Assembly (NCBI GenBank): GCA_013813355.1
Contig: JACCRT010000004.1
Coordinates: 175 to 64,174, forward strand
DNA: 64,000 bases
Direction: 5' to 3'
Source: Acidobacteriota bacterium
Lineage (GTDB): Bacteria; Acidobacteriota; Vicinamibacteria; Vicinamibacterales; 2-12-FULL-66-21
Position numbers and translations under genes: made by a program. A model generated the notes under the pieces. It was not told the DNA's origin. It was given only the letters and a program-made list of their open reading frames with translations, and searched no databases. Positions 45,785-54,924 of this stretch are shown here, in pieces (position 1 is the stretch's first letter; each line of letters opens with the position of its first letter).

Positions 45785-46705
45785 ATGGCCCATCCTGCCC
45801 CCGGCCGGCTCATCGACGTGGGCGGGTTTCGGCTGCACCTGAACTGCTCGGGCCGGGGATCGCCGGCGGTCGTGCTCGACGCGGCGCTGGGCGGCTCCTC
45901 GATAAGCTGGAGCCTGGTGCAGCCCCAGATTGCGAAGCTCACACGCGTGTGCAGCTACGACCGGGCGGGGTTCGGCTGGAGCGACGCGGGGCCCATGCCG
46001 CGCACCGCCGGCCGGATCGCCGCCGAGCTGCGGACGCTCCTCGATCGAGGCGGCGTGGAACCGCCGTTCCTGCTCGTCGGGCACTCGTTCGGCGGCCTCG
46101 TGATGCGGGTCTTCGCGCGCCGCCATCGCCCGGATGTCGCCGGCCTCGTGCTGGTCGATCCGGCGCACCCCGAGGATTGGGTGCGACCCGCCCCGAAGGA
46201 ACAGGTCCGGATCGATCGCGGCGTCTCCCTGTGCCGCCATGGGGCGTTTGCCGCGCGGCTCGGCATCGCGCGCTTCGTGGCGGCCCTGGCGGCGGCCGGC
46301 GCCCTCATGCCCGCTCGCGGCCTGGCCCGCCTGGTCAGTCGTGGAGGGCTCTCTCGACAGGACGAGGGCATCCTGGCGCCGGTATGGAAGCTGCCGCCCG
46401 AGGCGCGCCGGCCGCTGCGGCGCTTCTGGACGCAGCCGAAGTTCTTCGAGGCACTGGGCAGCCAGATCGGTTCCATCTGCTCGAGCGCCGCGGAGACGCT
46501 CGAGGCCGGGGAGGGCGGGTACGGTGACCTGCCGCTCGTGACGATCTCCTCGACCGACCCCGGCGACTACCGCCTGCGCCAGCAGGAGGCGCTGGCGCGG
46601 CTCTCGACGCGCGGGCGCCATGTGGTCGCGTCGAACAGCGGCCACTGGATCCCGCTCGATCAGCCACAGGTGGTGATAGACGCGGTTGCCGACCTGTTGC
46701 GCTGA
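45785..46705 (+). CDS. Alpha/beta-fold hydrolase
   Basis: Internal ATG at 45785 (MAHPAPGRLIDVGGFRLHLNCSG...). HG-type oxyanion region (VVLDAALGG) and nucleophile elbow VGHSFGG. The upstream part of ORF 45656..46705 is the rho fragment, not part of this gene. Confidence 0.8.
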   Translation: MAHPAPGRLIDVGGFRLHLNCSGRGSPAVVLDAALGGSSISWSLVQPQIAKLTRVCSYDRAGFGWSDAGPMPRTAGRIAAELRTLLDRGGVEPPFLLVGHSFGGLVMRVFARRHRPDVAGLVLVDPAHPEDWVRPAPKEQVRIDRGVSLCRHGAFAARLGIARFVAALAAAGALMPARGLARLVSRGGLSRQDEGILAPVWKLPPEARRPLRRFWTQPKFFEALGSQIGSICSSAAETLEAGEGGYGDLPLVTISSTDPGDYRLRQQEALARLSTRGRHVVASNSGHWIPLDQPQVVIDAVADLLR

Positions 46706-46741
46706 AAGGCTCGACGGCCGGCGGCATAATCGCCGACGGCG

Positions 46742-46850
46742 GACGGGACAACGGTGCTGGACTTCAACGAGGCGTACAACCCGCCCTGTGCGTTCAATCC
46801 GTACACGACCTGCCCGATTCCCCTCGACGAGAACGTGCTGCCGGTGAAGA
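46742..46850 (+). pseudogene. C-terminal remnant of a DUF1684-family gene
   Basis: DGTTVLDFNEAYNPPCAFNPYTTCPIPLDENVLPVKK is the conserved DUF1684 C-terminal block (lDFN.AYNP.CA....CP.pP.eN.L). An in-frame TAA lies at 46727-46729, so nothing upstream belongs to it. Confidence 0.55.
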
Positions 46851-46855
46851 AAAGC

Positions 46856-49324
46856 TTACCGGGGAGAGCTGCCGTCACTGAGCGCGACCAGGCGCTCCCG
46901 CGCCGCGGCAATCCTCGCGCGCAAGTTAGGTACCGGCGCGCCGCCATAACCTTTCACGAGGCGCGCTTCCGCGACGTCCAGGGCCGCGAGCAGATCGCGG
47001 GCCGCGCGCGCCGCGACGGCGGGATCGCGGCTGCCGACCGACCCGAACCAGACAGGCGCCGTGTGGGCGAAGGGGTAGGTCGCCATCGCCGGCCACTGGA
47101 CGGGGCCGCCGTGCACGCGCGCGGCAACCCAGCCACCGGCGGGCACCTCCAGCGTTCCAGCGTAGGTGGCCGTTCCGGGCGCGTCCAGCCCCCGCCCCGA
47201 CCAGGCGACCTCACCGTTGACGACAATCTCGACTCGCTCGAACGGCACCGCCGACGCGGCGGCGAGTTCCCAGCCGACGGACGCCCCCGCGCCGGCCCTC
47301 ACGACGTCGCCGGCCTCGACGCCCCCCACGGCGAACCGCAGCAGCGGCGCCGTCGTCACGAAGCTCCGCCCGCGCCGCACGCCGTCGAGATAACGCTCCA
47401 GCGTCAGCTCGCCGGGCACGCGCACGTAGATCCGCGTCGTCCCGACCGCCATCGTCCGGAAGAAGTCGGTCATCACGTCGGTGCCGGCCGAGGGCATCAG
47501 CGGCACGCCGATGTTGAGCACGCGGTACCAGGCGTCGCTGGTGCCGAGCGCGTCGCTCCAGAGGCACACGACCTCGATCGTGTCCACGTCGCCGAGCACG
47601 GCGTCCGAGACGAACTCGAGCGGCAGCCCGCGCGGCGGGCCGTCCGGTGGGAACGGCTCGCGCGGGGTGACGGGGTGCACGTAGGCGGTCACGCCGCCGG
47701 CGCGGCGCGTGTCCGCCAGCGCCTCCGAGTTGGACCGGTCGTCGCGGCCGTGGACCGGGTAGCCCGGCCCCCAGAACCAGGGCCAGTAGGTGGATGCGAT
47801 CCCGATGTGCCCGGTGTGGCCGAGGAAGTGCGACCGGACCTCCTGGCCGAAGGCGATGAGCGGATGGGCCTGCCGTGCCCAGCCGGTGAACTCGGTGTCG
47901 GCGAGGCGGGTGTGCAGGTTGGCCATCAACGGGGTCGCGACGTCCAGGTTCTCGCCGCGCATCATCGGCACGAGATCGTCCGGCGCGAGCCGGTTCGTGC
48001 CGCCGTAGTTGAGGTGGAAGTGATGATCGCCCGAGTACCAGCCCTCGAGCGACGGTGTGTTAATGGGTTGCAGGTCGACATCAAGGGTGATGGTCTGGCC
48101 TGGCCGCGCCGTCCCAGTGGCCTCGGCCGGCGCGTGCGCGAAGCCGTACGCGACGAGCACGCGGAAGTCGCCCGCCGGAATTTCGAACTCGAGCGTTCCC
48201 GGCGAGTACGTGAAGACCAGCCCGTTCTGGCCGTCGAACCACGCCTGCCGTTCCGCGGCGAACGCGGCATGCCCATCGGCGGCGGCGACGTGGAGGCGCG
48301 CCGGAACAGTCGAGGCCCCGCTCCGGGTCCGCACCACGAGCCGGGCGGTTTCCACGCCCCAATCCCAGTGGGACGGTGCGATCGGTTCCGGGTCGCCGCC
48401 CGCCGAGGGTATGCGCCACAGTTCGTACGACTGCCGGTCGTTGGCGCGGACGTAGTAGACGAACCGGCCATCCGCGCTCCATGCGGGCATGACCGGCGGC
48501 CCTTGTGCGGGTCCGGCAGCGCGCGCATCGACGAGGACGATGGACGGTCCGCCGGCCACGTCCAGCAGGTACAGCGATGCGCCGCCGGCGTGCGGCAGCG
48601 TAACCGCGACCCTCCGTCCGTCGGGCGAGACAGCCGGCCGGGCCGTCGAAGCGACCGGCTCGATGGCCAGCACCTGCCGCTTGCCCTCGCGCCAGGCGAC
48701 GATCTCGTCGCCGCCGCCGCGCTTGGCGACGTACACGAGGGCGCCGTCCGCCGCGGGCTGCGGCCGGAGGTCGAGGCCACGCGCCTGCACGACCGCCTGC
48801 CGCTCCTTCGTCTCGAGGTCAAGGCGCCAGATGTCGAGATCGCCTTCCGCGGCCGACGCGTAGTAGATCGCGCTGCCGTCGGGCGCGTAGGCGGGATCCA
48901 GATCCGCGGCGCCGGTCGACACGATGGTCGTTTCGGTGCCGCTCGCGAGATCGAGCTCGACGATGCGCGTGTCGAGTGTGTCGTCGCGGACAAAGGCGAG
49001 GCGCGCGCCATCGGGCGCCCAGGCCGGGCGGGAATCCAGACCGGCCCGGCTCGTGACCCGACGCGCGACGCCGGGCGCGCCGTCCTCGGCAAGATCGAGG
49101 ATCCAGATCCAGCCGCGCGCGGAGAACGCGAGACGCCGGCCGTCTGGGGCGGCGGCTGGATAGGTCGGACCGGCCGCGACGGTCGGAAAGTCATAGCCTT
49201 CCACGTACACGTGGTGGCCGAAGCCGCTCATCCGCGGGTAGCGGTTGGACCACTGAGCCGTCAGAGGCCATCCCACGGCGAGGGCGAGTGCGAACGTCAG
49301 CAACACGCGAAGTGGGGTTGGCAT
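46856..49324 (-). CDS. Secreted PD40/TolB-like beta-propeller fused to a CehA/PHP-like metallohydrolase domain
   Basis: ATG at 49324 and a signal peptide (MPTPLRVLLTFALALAVGWPLTAQ). PD40 repeats (AAPDGRRLAF, AWAPDGARLAF, YAPDGSAIYY, VSPDGRRVAV, WSADGRFVYY). Histidine-rich metal motifs follow (WYSGDHHFHLNYGG, GHTGHIG, AYVHP). Confidence 0.65.
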   Translation of the reverse strand: MPTPLRVLLTFALALAVGWPLTAQWSNRYPRMSGFGHHVYVEGYDFPTVAAGPTYPAAAPDGRRLAFSARGWIWILDLAEDGAPGVARRVTSRAGLDSRPAWAPDGARLAFVRDDTLDTRIVELDLASGTETTIVSTGAADLDPAYAPDGSAIYYASAAEGDLDIWRLDLETKERQAVVQARGLDLRPQPAADGALVYVAKRGGGDEIVAWREGKRQVLAIEPVASTARPAVSPDGRRVAVTLPHAGGASLYLLDVAGGPSIVLVDARAAGPAQGPPVMPAWSADGRFVYYVRANDRQSYELWRIPSAGGDPEPIAPSHWDWGVETARLVVRTRSGASTVPARLHVAAADGHAAFAAERQAWFDGQNGLVFTYSPGTLEFEIPAGDFRVLVAYGFAHAPAEATGTARPGQTITLDVDLQPINTPSLEGWYSGDHHFHLNYGGTNRLAPDDLVPMMRGENLDVATPLMANLHTRLADTEFTGWARQAHPLIAFGQEVRSHFLGHTGHIGIASTYWPWFWGPGYPVHGRDDRSNSEALADTRRAGGVTAYVHPVTPREPFPPDGPPRGLPLEFVSDAVLGDVDTIEVVCLWSDALGTSDAWYRVLNIGVPLMPSAGTDVMTDFFRTMAVGTTRIYVRVPGELTLERYLDGVRRGRSFVTTAPLLRFAVGGVEAGDVVRAGAGASVGWELAAASAVPFERVEIVVNGEVAWSGRGLDAPGTATYAGTLEVPAGGWVAARVHGGPVQWPAMATYPFAHTAPVWFGSVGSRDPAVAARAARDLLAALDVAEARLVKGYGGAPVPNLRARIAAARERLVALSDGSSPR

Positions 49325-49531
49325 CTGTGTTCCCGAAGCCGGACCGTGCGGCACTCAGCAAGCCAAACGCTGCGTCGCACGCCGACGAGCGACGAAGGCA
49401 CCGCGGGTCAATCCACGCGACGCCCGACGGTACCACTGCTCCCGAGCCTCGCGCCGTTCTTCCTTGACGCGGCCGGCGCCTCCGGCGATCATCCGTGGTC
49501 CACGGTCATCGTGATATCCAGGGAGCGGCCA

Positions 49532-49882
49532 ATGGAGATGCAGACACGCGAATCCGACGGCGTAACCATCCTCGACCTGTCCGGACGGATCGTCCAGGGC
49601 GGCGGCGATCTCGACCTCAAGGACGGGCTGCAGACCCTCGTGCAGCAGGGGCAGAAGAACATCGTGCTCAATTTGGCAGAGGTGAGCTACATCGACAGCG
49701 CGGGGCTCGGCGCGCTCGTCAGCGCCCACATCAGCCTGAGCCGCGATGGCGGCCGCGTGAAGCTGGCGAACGTGACGAAGAAGCTGCACGATCTGCTTGC
49801 CATCACAAAGCTGTACCTCGTGTTCGAGACCTTCGACTCCGAGGACGCGGCGGTCCAGAGCTATCGCGAGGCCGCCGGGTAG
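49532..49882 (+). CDS. STAS-domain anti-sigma-factor antagonist (SpoIIAA-like)
   Basis: GGGAG SD. VTILDLSGRIV...NIVLNLAEVSYIDSAGLGALV (conserved phosphorylatable Ser context DSAGLG)...VFETFDSEDAAV. Confidence 0.8.
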   Translation: MEMQTRESDGVTILDLSGRIVQGGGDLDLKDGLQTLVQQGQKNIVLNLAEVSYIDSAGLGALVSAHISLSRDGGRVKLANVTKKLHDLLAITKLYLVFETFDSEDAAVQSYREAAG

Positions 49883-49910
49883 CGCCGCGGGAGGAGCCGC
49901 AGCACGCGCG

Positions 49911-50606
49911 TCATCGGGAACCCTGCCGCTGTCGTTCGAGTGCTCTCAACAGACGGGGCAGGTCTATGGAGAAGCCGAGCTGCGGCACGAATTCGTTACG
50001 GACACGAAGAGGATCGGCCGGAGCGCCAAACCTGGCGCCATCGATCGTGCCCAGCAGGACCATCCAGTCCGCGGTCAGCAGCAGCCAGCCTCGTGCGTCC
50101 ACCTGCTCCGCAGCGGCACCTCGCAAGAGCAGGGGACGCACCCCCAGCTTCACGGGCTGGACGTAAGGCATCCCGAACTTCGAGAAGCGAGGTCCTCGGA
50201 AAAACATGACCCCGCCACCAAACCCGATATCCACGCTCGGGTGGACGGTATACATGAGCGACGACCCCGCCTTGAAATATGTCACCCGGGCACTTCTGCC
50301 CGAAACGTCCTGCCCCGTGTAGTCCAGATCGTTGTCATAGGCGATCCCCGCCCCTACAGTGGCGTACCAGCTGAGGTGCTGTTCTTCGAGACGACTGTCA
50401 GGGCAACTGATGACCACACCAAGCGCTCTGACTTCCTCACGCTTGGGAAAGGTTTCGAGGCAGACGTCAAGGTTGGCGCCAAACCACGGGCCCGGGCCAC
50501 TGAGCTTCCCCAGCCAGCTGATGAACCCATCAGCCCGCGCGGGCGCCGGGAGCAGGACGAGTGCGGACACAACCAGCGGAATCGCACGGCGAAGCTGAAT
50601 CCTCAT
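49911..50606 (-). CDS. Secreted hypothetical protein, translationally coupled to the upstream kinase
   Basis: ATGA overlap with the kinase stop (50603-50606). Signal peptide MRIQLRRAIPLVVSALVLLPAPARA. Rich in beta-strand-like alternating segments. No family recognised. Confidence 0.6.
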   Translation of the reverse strand: MRIQLRRAIPLVVSALVLLPAPARADGFISWLGKLSGPGPWFGANLDVCLETFPKREEVRALGVVISCPDSRLEEQHLSWYATVGAGIAYDNDLDYTGQDVSGRSARVTYFKAGSSLMYTVHPSVDIGFGGGVMFFRGPRFSKFGMPYVQPVKLGVRPLLLRGAAAEQVDARGWLLLTADWMVLLGTIDGARFGAPADPLRVRNEFVPQLGFSIDLPRLLRALERQRQGSR

Positions 50607-52387
50607 GTGCCTCCGGCGGCGTGCAGTCGGGCTGCAACCGCAGAATAAACGTTCTCCGTTTCCTGGAACACCGTGAGCCCTGGCTGATCCTTGCGAACGA
50701 CGACCGAACGTCCGCTGGCCCGCCACGGACAGAACAACAGCGTCTCGTCCGACAGCCTTCCTTCTACAACGTAGCAGCGCTCGGATTCGAACGTGGCGAC
50801 CGTAAACCAGGAGTCGTAGACGACCTGCCACGGCACGGTGGCCATGACCATGGAGAGGCCCGTCAGCGCAAAGCCCGCCACAATTGCGGCGGCGCCTCCC
50901 TCACCGGGCCGCCGGCGCCGCGCCAGGGCCGACCACGTGACGGCGCTGCCGAGCGCGATGACCGATGTTATCGCACAGAACAGCAGCCACCCGCCATATT
51001 CCTGCGCCGGATCCAGCCGGGCGTGCGCGGCCACGGGGCCATTCACAAGCGGTGTGTAGATAGCCGTGGCAAGGTCGGCAAAGTTCCAGCTGACCGCCGC
51101 CAGCAGAGCGACCTGTGCGATCAGCACGAGCACGCCAGCCATGGCGGGATCGTCGAGCCCGGCGCGGCCGGTGGCGGTTTTCAAATGCCTGGCCGTCCTG
51201 TCCGACCAGGTCCCGGCGGTGGCCGACATCCGCGTCGTCACGCGCCAGGCAAACATCAGAACAAGATAGAGCGTCAGGGCAACGAGCATACTGAAGATCG
51301 GCAGCGGCAGCGTTCGTATGCCGTTGACGAGCCAATCGAGCGGCGACGCCAGATCGAACTGCCCCCGGACGCCGAACATCACCCGGTGCGCTCGCGAGCC
51401 GAGGAACCCGATGAGCCAGACCGCCGGCACCACCACGGCCAGGGTTCCAAGCACGACCATGAGCCATTCCCTGGCGGACCGGTTCTCCGACGCCGGGAGG
51501 GACGGCGCTGGCGATCCGACGCGGCCTACGGAAGTCGTTTGACCGCCAGTATCCTCCTGCCAGGGCATCGGCGCCCGCCGGCGTGAGTGCGCCGCAGCCA
51601 GGTCGTGCAGCATCTCGCCGCAGGACTGGTATCGGTCAGCGGGCTGCGGCTCGAGCGCGCGGTCCACGACGGCCAACAACCGTTCCGGTAGGTCGGCCCG
51701 CAGGTCACCGAGGTACCGCCGCTGCCTCCTGGCGTGCAAGCGGGCGATCTCTTCCAGGGTCCTTCCCTGAACGGGATAGCCCGCTGTCAGCAGGAAGAAG
51801 AGCAGGACACCCAGGCTGTAGATGTCGCTCACCGGGGATGGCTCATGGAAACTGAAGATCTCGGGTGCCATGTAGACTGGCGTCCCGGCGAAGTACAGGC
51901 CCGTGGTTCGATCCGGTTCAGGCAGCCGCCGCCCGGCGCCAAAGTCCATCAGCACGAGGCGCCCGCCGTCCTCCCGGACGACGTTCTGTGCCTTGACGTC
52001 GTTGTGCACGATCTGCACGGCGTGGATGGCGGAGAGGGCGTTGCACAGCGTGACGGCAGAGGCAAGAACCTCGTCCGGGCCCAGGCGCCCCCGCCGCTCG
52101 ACCACCTCCGCCAGCGACTCACCCGTGACGAGTTCCATGCAGATGCCCACGTGTCCATCGGCATACCTGGCGTCGTGGACGGTCACGACATTGTGATGGT
52201 GCACGCTGGCGAGGCGGCGCGATTCGTCGAGCGCCCGCTCGATCTCGCGGGCATCGCCCGGGACCACCGGGATCAGCTTCAACGCGATTGGCTGGCGCAG
52301 CGTGGGATGGTAGGCCTTGAAGACACCGCCGAAGCTGCCGCGGCCGATCTCTTCCTGGATGACGAACTCACCCCACGTGGACGTCAA
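50603..52387 (-). CDS. Ser/Thr protein kinase with a C-terminal polytopic membrane domain
   Basis: Kinase motifs GRGSFGGVFKA, IALKLI, DFGAG and YMAPE. The catalytic loop reads HNDVKAQN instead of HRDLKxxN. At least five hydrophobic helices follow the kinase domain. The C-terminal ~70 aa are soluble and contain two Cys. TTG start. Confidence 0.75.
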   Translation of the reverse strand: MTSTWGEFVIQEEIGRGSFGGVFKAYHPTLRQPIALKLIPVVPGDAREIERALDESRRLASVHHHNVVTVHDARYADGHVGICMELVTGESLAEVVERRGRLGPDEVLASAVTLCNALSAIHAVQIVHNDVKAQNVVREDGGRLVLMDFGAGRRLPEPDRTTGLYFAGTPVYMAPEIFSFHEPSPVSDIYSLGVLLFFLLTAGYPVQGRTLEEIARLHARRQRRYLGDLRADLPERLLAVVDRALEPQPADRYQSCGEMLHDLAAAHSRRRAPMPWQEDTGGQTTSVGRVGSPAPSLPASENRSAREWLMVVLGTLAVVVPAVWLIGFLGSRAHRVMFGVRGQFDLASPLDWLVNGIRTLPLPIFSMLVALTLYLVLMFAWRVTTRMSATAGTWSDRTARHLKTATGRAGLDDPAMAGVLVLIAQVALLAAVSWNFADLATAIYTPLVNGPVAAHARLDPAQEYGGWLLFCAITSVIALGSAVTWSALARRRRPGEGGAAAIVAGFALTGLSMVMATVPWQVVYDSWFTVATFESERCYVVEGRLSDETLLFCPWRASGRSVVVRKDQPGLTVFQETENVYSAVAARLHAAGGT

Positions 52388-52612
52388 GGTCGGCCTCTTC
52401 TCTCGCGCAAGGTGCGGCAGCGGCGGTGTGCGGGCCGTGAAGCCGGAACACCCAAGGCACGGGTGTCATGGCCGCGCTACCGCAAGAGGTCACTTGGAGC
52501 TTCGTCCTGTCATGCGCGCCAAACGGGAAATGAACCCCAGAAGGCGCCACGATAATAGTGCGAAACGCCCCTGATACGCTATCGGTTCCGAGGGAAGCGC
52601 CCGGATCACGGC

Positions 52613-53122
52613 TCACTCCCCTTCAATGAGCCTGGTGAGTGCCGGCGTATGGCCGAGCAGGCGCGCGTACAGCGCGATCTGGCCGCGGTGGTATTCCTCG
52701 TGGGCGATCGCGTGATTGAGCCACGTCAGCCGCGTGGCCGGCTCGCCGTTGAACTGGACGATCGGCCTCTCCATGGCGACGGAACCCGCCTGGCGTAACC
52801 GCGCGATGCTCTCTGCGTGCGTGGTCTTCAGCAGCGAGACGAGCGTGGCCTTCTCGGTCGTCTCGGCTCGCGAGCCGGCGTATTCGCGCAGGAATTCCGG
52901 ATACGACTGCCGCTCGAAGCTGCCGTCGGGTCGCGACAGCTCCCCGGCTGCCATCAGACCCGACTCGATGAGGTGCCGTGCCAGCTCAGCCACCGTTCGG
53001 CTCGCCGGTGATGGCCTGTACGAGAACTCGCTAGCCGGAATGTTTTCGAGCTCCGCGATCACGCCGTCACGGGTGTAACGCCAGGCCCGGAGCGTCTCGT
53101 CAAACAGTGAACCCTCAGCCAT
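52613..53122 (-). CDS. DinB-family protein
   Basis: ATG at 53122 lies 7 nt after AAGGAG. Four-helix DinB pattern with the His triad context (ARHLIES..., NHAIAHEEYHRGQI). Confidence 0.8.
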   Translation of the reverse strand: MAEGSLFDETLRAWRYTRDGVIAELENIPASEFSYRPSPASRTVAELARHLIESGLMAAGELSRPDGSFERQSYPEFLREYAGSRAETTEKATLVSLLKTTHAESIARLRQAGSVAMERPIVQFNGEPATRLTWLNHAIAHEEYHRGQIALYARLLGHTPALTRLIEGE

Positions 53123-53188
53123 CGCATTCTCCTTCAACCACGTGCTGCAGTTTCGCGCGGGCGGATGCCCCCACTGCCATCCGGGCAG

Positions 53189-54814
53189 TCAAAACGCTCC
53201 CCGGCCTCCTGTCGGCTGCGGCAGCGCCTTGCGCGGGAGCTTCTCGTCACGCATGGCGGCCTGATACGCGAAGATCGCCGCGACGGTCGCGTGCTGGACC
53301 ATGTCGTCGCGCTGGACGCGATCGAAGACGTCCATGTTCGAGTGGTGCGTGCGCGAGCGATACTCGAGGCGGTCCACCAGGAACTGGAAGGCAGGGATAC
53401 CGGCAGCGGCGAACGCCACGTGATCCGTTGAGCCGACAGCCCTCGGCGACAGGACCTCCACGCCGAGATCCTTCAGCGGCGCAATCCACTCTTCAAAGAT
53501 AGGCCGGACGTGGTGGTTGCCCTCGAGCCAGACGCCCCTGATCCGGCCGGTCCCATTGTCAGAGTTGAAATACGCAGACACCTTCCCATGCGCCGGCTTC
53601 AGCGTCATCGTCGAGACGTCGGCAAGGTGCCGGCGGACGTACTCGCGCGAGCCGAGCAGGCCCTGCTCTTCCCCGCCCCAGAGCCCAATCCGGATCGTCC
53701 GGCGAGGCTGCACGCCGACGGCCTTCAGAATGCGCATCGCTTCCATCATGGCGGCAGATCCGGTCGCATTGTCTGTTGCGCCGGTGCCGGCCGCGACGGA
53801 ATCGAAGTGGGCCCCTATGATGACGACCTCGTCCTTCAGCTCAGGGTCGGTACCGGGGATGTCGGCAAGCAGGTTGAACCCGTTCGGTGTGGTCTCTTCG
53901 TGAAACTGCGTCTGGACGTTCAGCTCCACTCTCACCGGGAGACCCGTCTCGAGGACGCGGACCATACGGTTGTAGTGCTCGACGGCCAGCGTCACCGTCG
54001 GCACGCCGTCTTCGGGCCGGGCCCTGCGCGAGCCGCCGCCGCTCGGAAAAATCGTGCCCCCATCGGTCCGCTGCTGCTGCGCTGAAAGACCGCTGCCAGT
54101 CGACACCACTGCGCTGTCAGCGCCCCGGTTGAAGATTGCCGCCACGCCTTCGGACCTGTAGAACTGCTGAATCCGCTGCGCCAGGGTCGGTCCGCCGGCA
54201 CCCCGCCCGCCGCCGGGCGCAGCGCCCGCTCCGCCTCCGCGCTGCGCCGGCACCGGTGGCCGCATCGCGTCCGCCATGTCTTGATCCGTCATTCGGTGCA
54301 CGATGGTGCCCTCGAGCATCTGGACGGCGCGCGCCGGCTGCGTCAGAATGATGGCTCCGGACAGCTTGCCCGTGTACCGCGCGAAGTCCGCTTCACTGTC
54401 GATCTGCACGCGGACCACGTTCGCCGTCACGGTGCCCTTCGTACCGGGCGTCCACGGCGGCACCGAGCCGATGAGCGGCTGCACCTGTGGCTCGAGCAGG
54501 TGACCGCTGAATCGCACGAGTGACCAGCCACGACCGAACTCGAACGTCTCACGGCGCGGGTTCGACAGCCCCCACTCGTGGAACCTCTCGAGCGCCCAGT
54601 CCCCCGCTTGCGCGATTTGTGGCCCGCCGGTCAGTCGCGGACCGTAAACGTCGCTCAGCCAGCTGATGTGCTCCATCACCTGTGAGCGGTTCAGCCCCTC
54701 GTCGCGGATCCGGGCGAGAGCAGCAGGATCGAGCTTCTCGACCGGCTGCTGCGCCGCAGGCACGGCGGCGACGACGGCGGCGGCGAGAACGGCGGCAGGT
54801 AAGCGCATCAACAT
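53189..54814 (-). CDS. M28-family aminopeptidase with a PA domain
   Basis: Signal peptide. Metal-ligand block VVIIGAHFDSVAAGTGATDNATGSAAMMEAMRIL, then WGGEEQGLLGS and TDHVAF. Confidence 0.85.
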   Translation of the reverse strand: MLMRLPAAVLAAAVVAAVPAAQQPVEKLDPAALARIRDEGLNRSQVMEHISWLSDVYGPRLTGGPQIAQAGDWALERFHEWGLSNPRRETFEFGRGWSLVRFSGHLLEPQVQPLIGSVPPWTPGTKGTVTANVVRVQIDSEADFARYTGKLSGAIILTQPARAVQMLEGTIVHRMTDQDMADAMRPPVPAQRGGGAGAAPGGGRGAGGPTLAQRIQQFYRSEGVAAIFNRGADSAVVSTGSGLSAQQQRTDGGTIFPSGGGSRRARPEDGVPTVTLAVEHYNRMVRVLETGLPVRVELNVQTQFHEETTPNGFNLLADIPGTDPELKDEVVIIGAHFDSVAAGTGATDNATGSAAMMEAMRILKAVGVQPRRTIRIGLWGGEEQGLLGSREYVRRHLADVSTMTLKPAHGKVSAYFNSDNGTGRIRGVWLEGNHHVRPIFEEWIAPLKDLGVEVLSPRAVGSTDHVAFAAAGIPAFQFLVDRLEYRSRTHHSNMDVFDRVQRDDMVQHATVAAIFAYQAAMRDEKLPRKALPQPTGGRGAF

Positions 54815-54924
54815 GGGGGAATTCTATCGTGCCTGTTTCGACTTCCGGGTGCTGTGCCTGCTTCAACGCGCCTGCAGAGGGAAGCGGCAACCAGCGGCCG
54901 AACCGGCGGACGTACAATCCTCGG

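Noticed and set aside
46754-49882. 1042-aa plus-strand ORF
   Set aside because: Only its first ~33 codons (DUF1684 stub) and last 116 codons (STAS protein with its own SD and ATG at 49532) are protein-like. The middle is antisense to the PD40-CehA gene.
50783-50792. tRNA T-loop-like motif (GTTCGAATCC on the minus strand)
   Set aside because: It lies inside the kinase coding frame (…ATFESERCY…). The flanking sequence does not fold into acceptor, D or anticodon arms. I found no tRNA elsewhere by eye.
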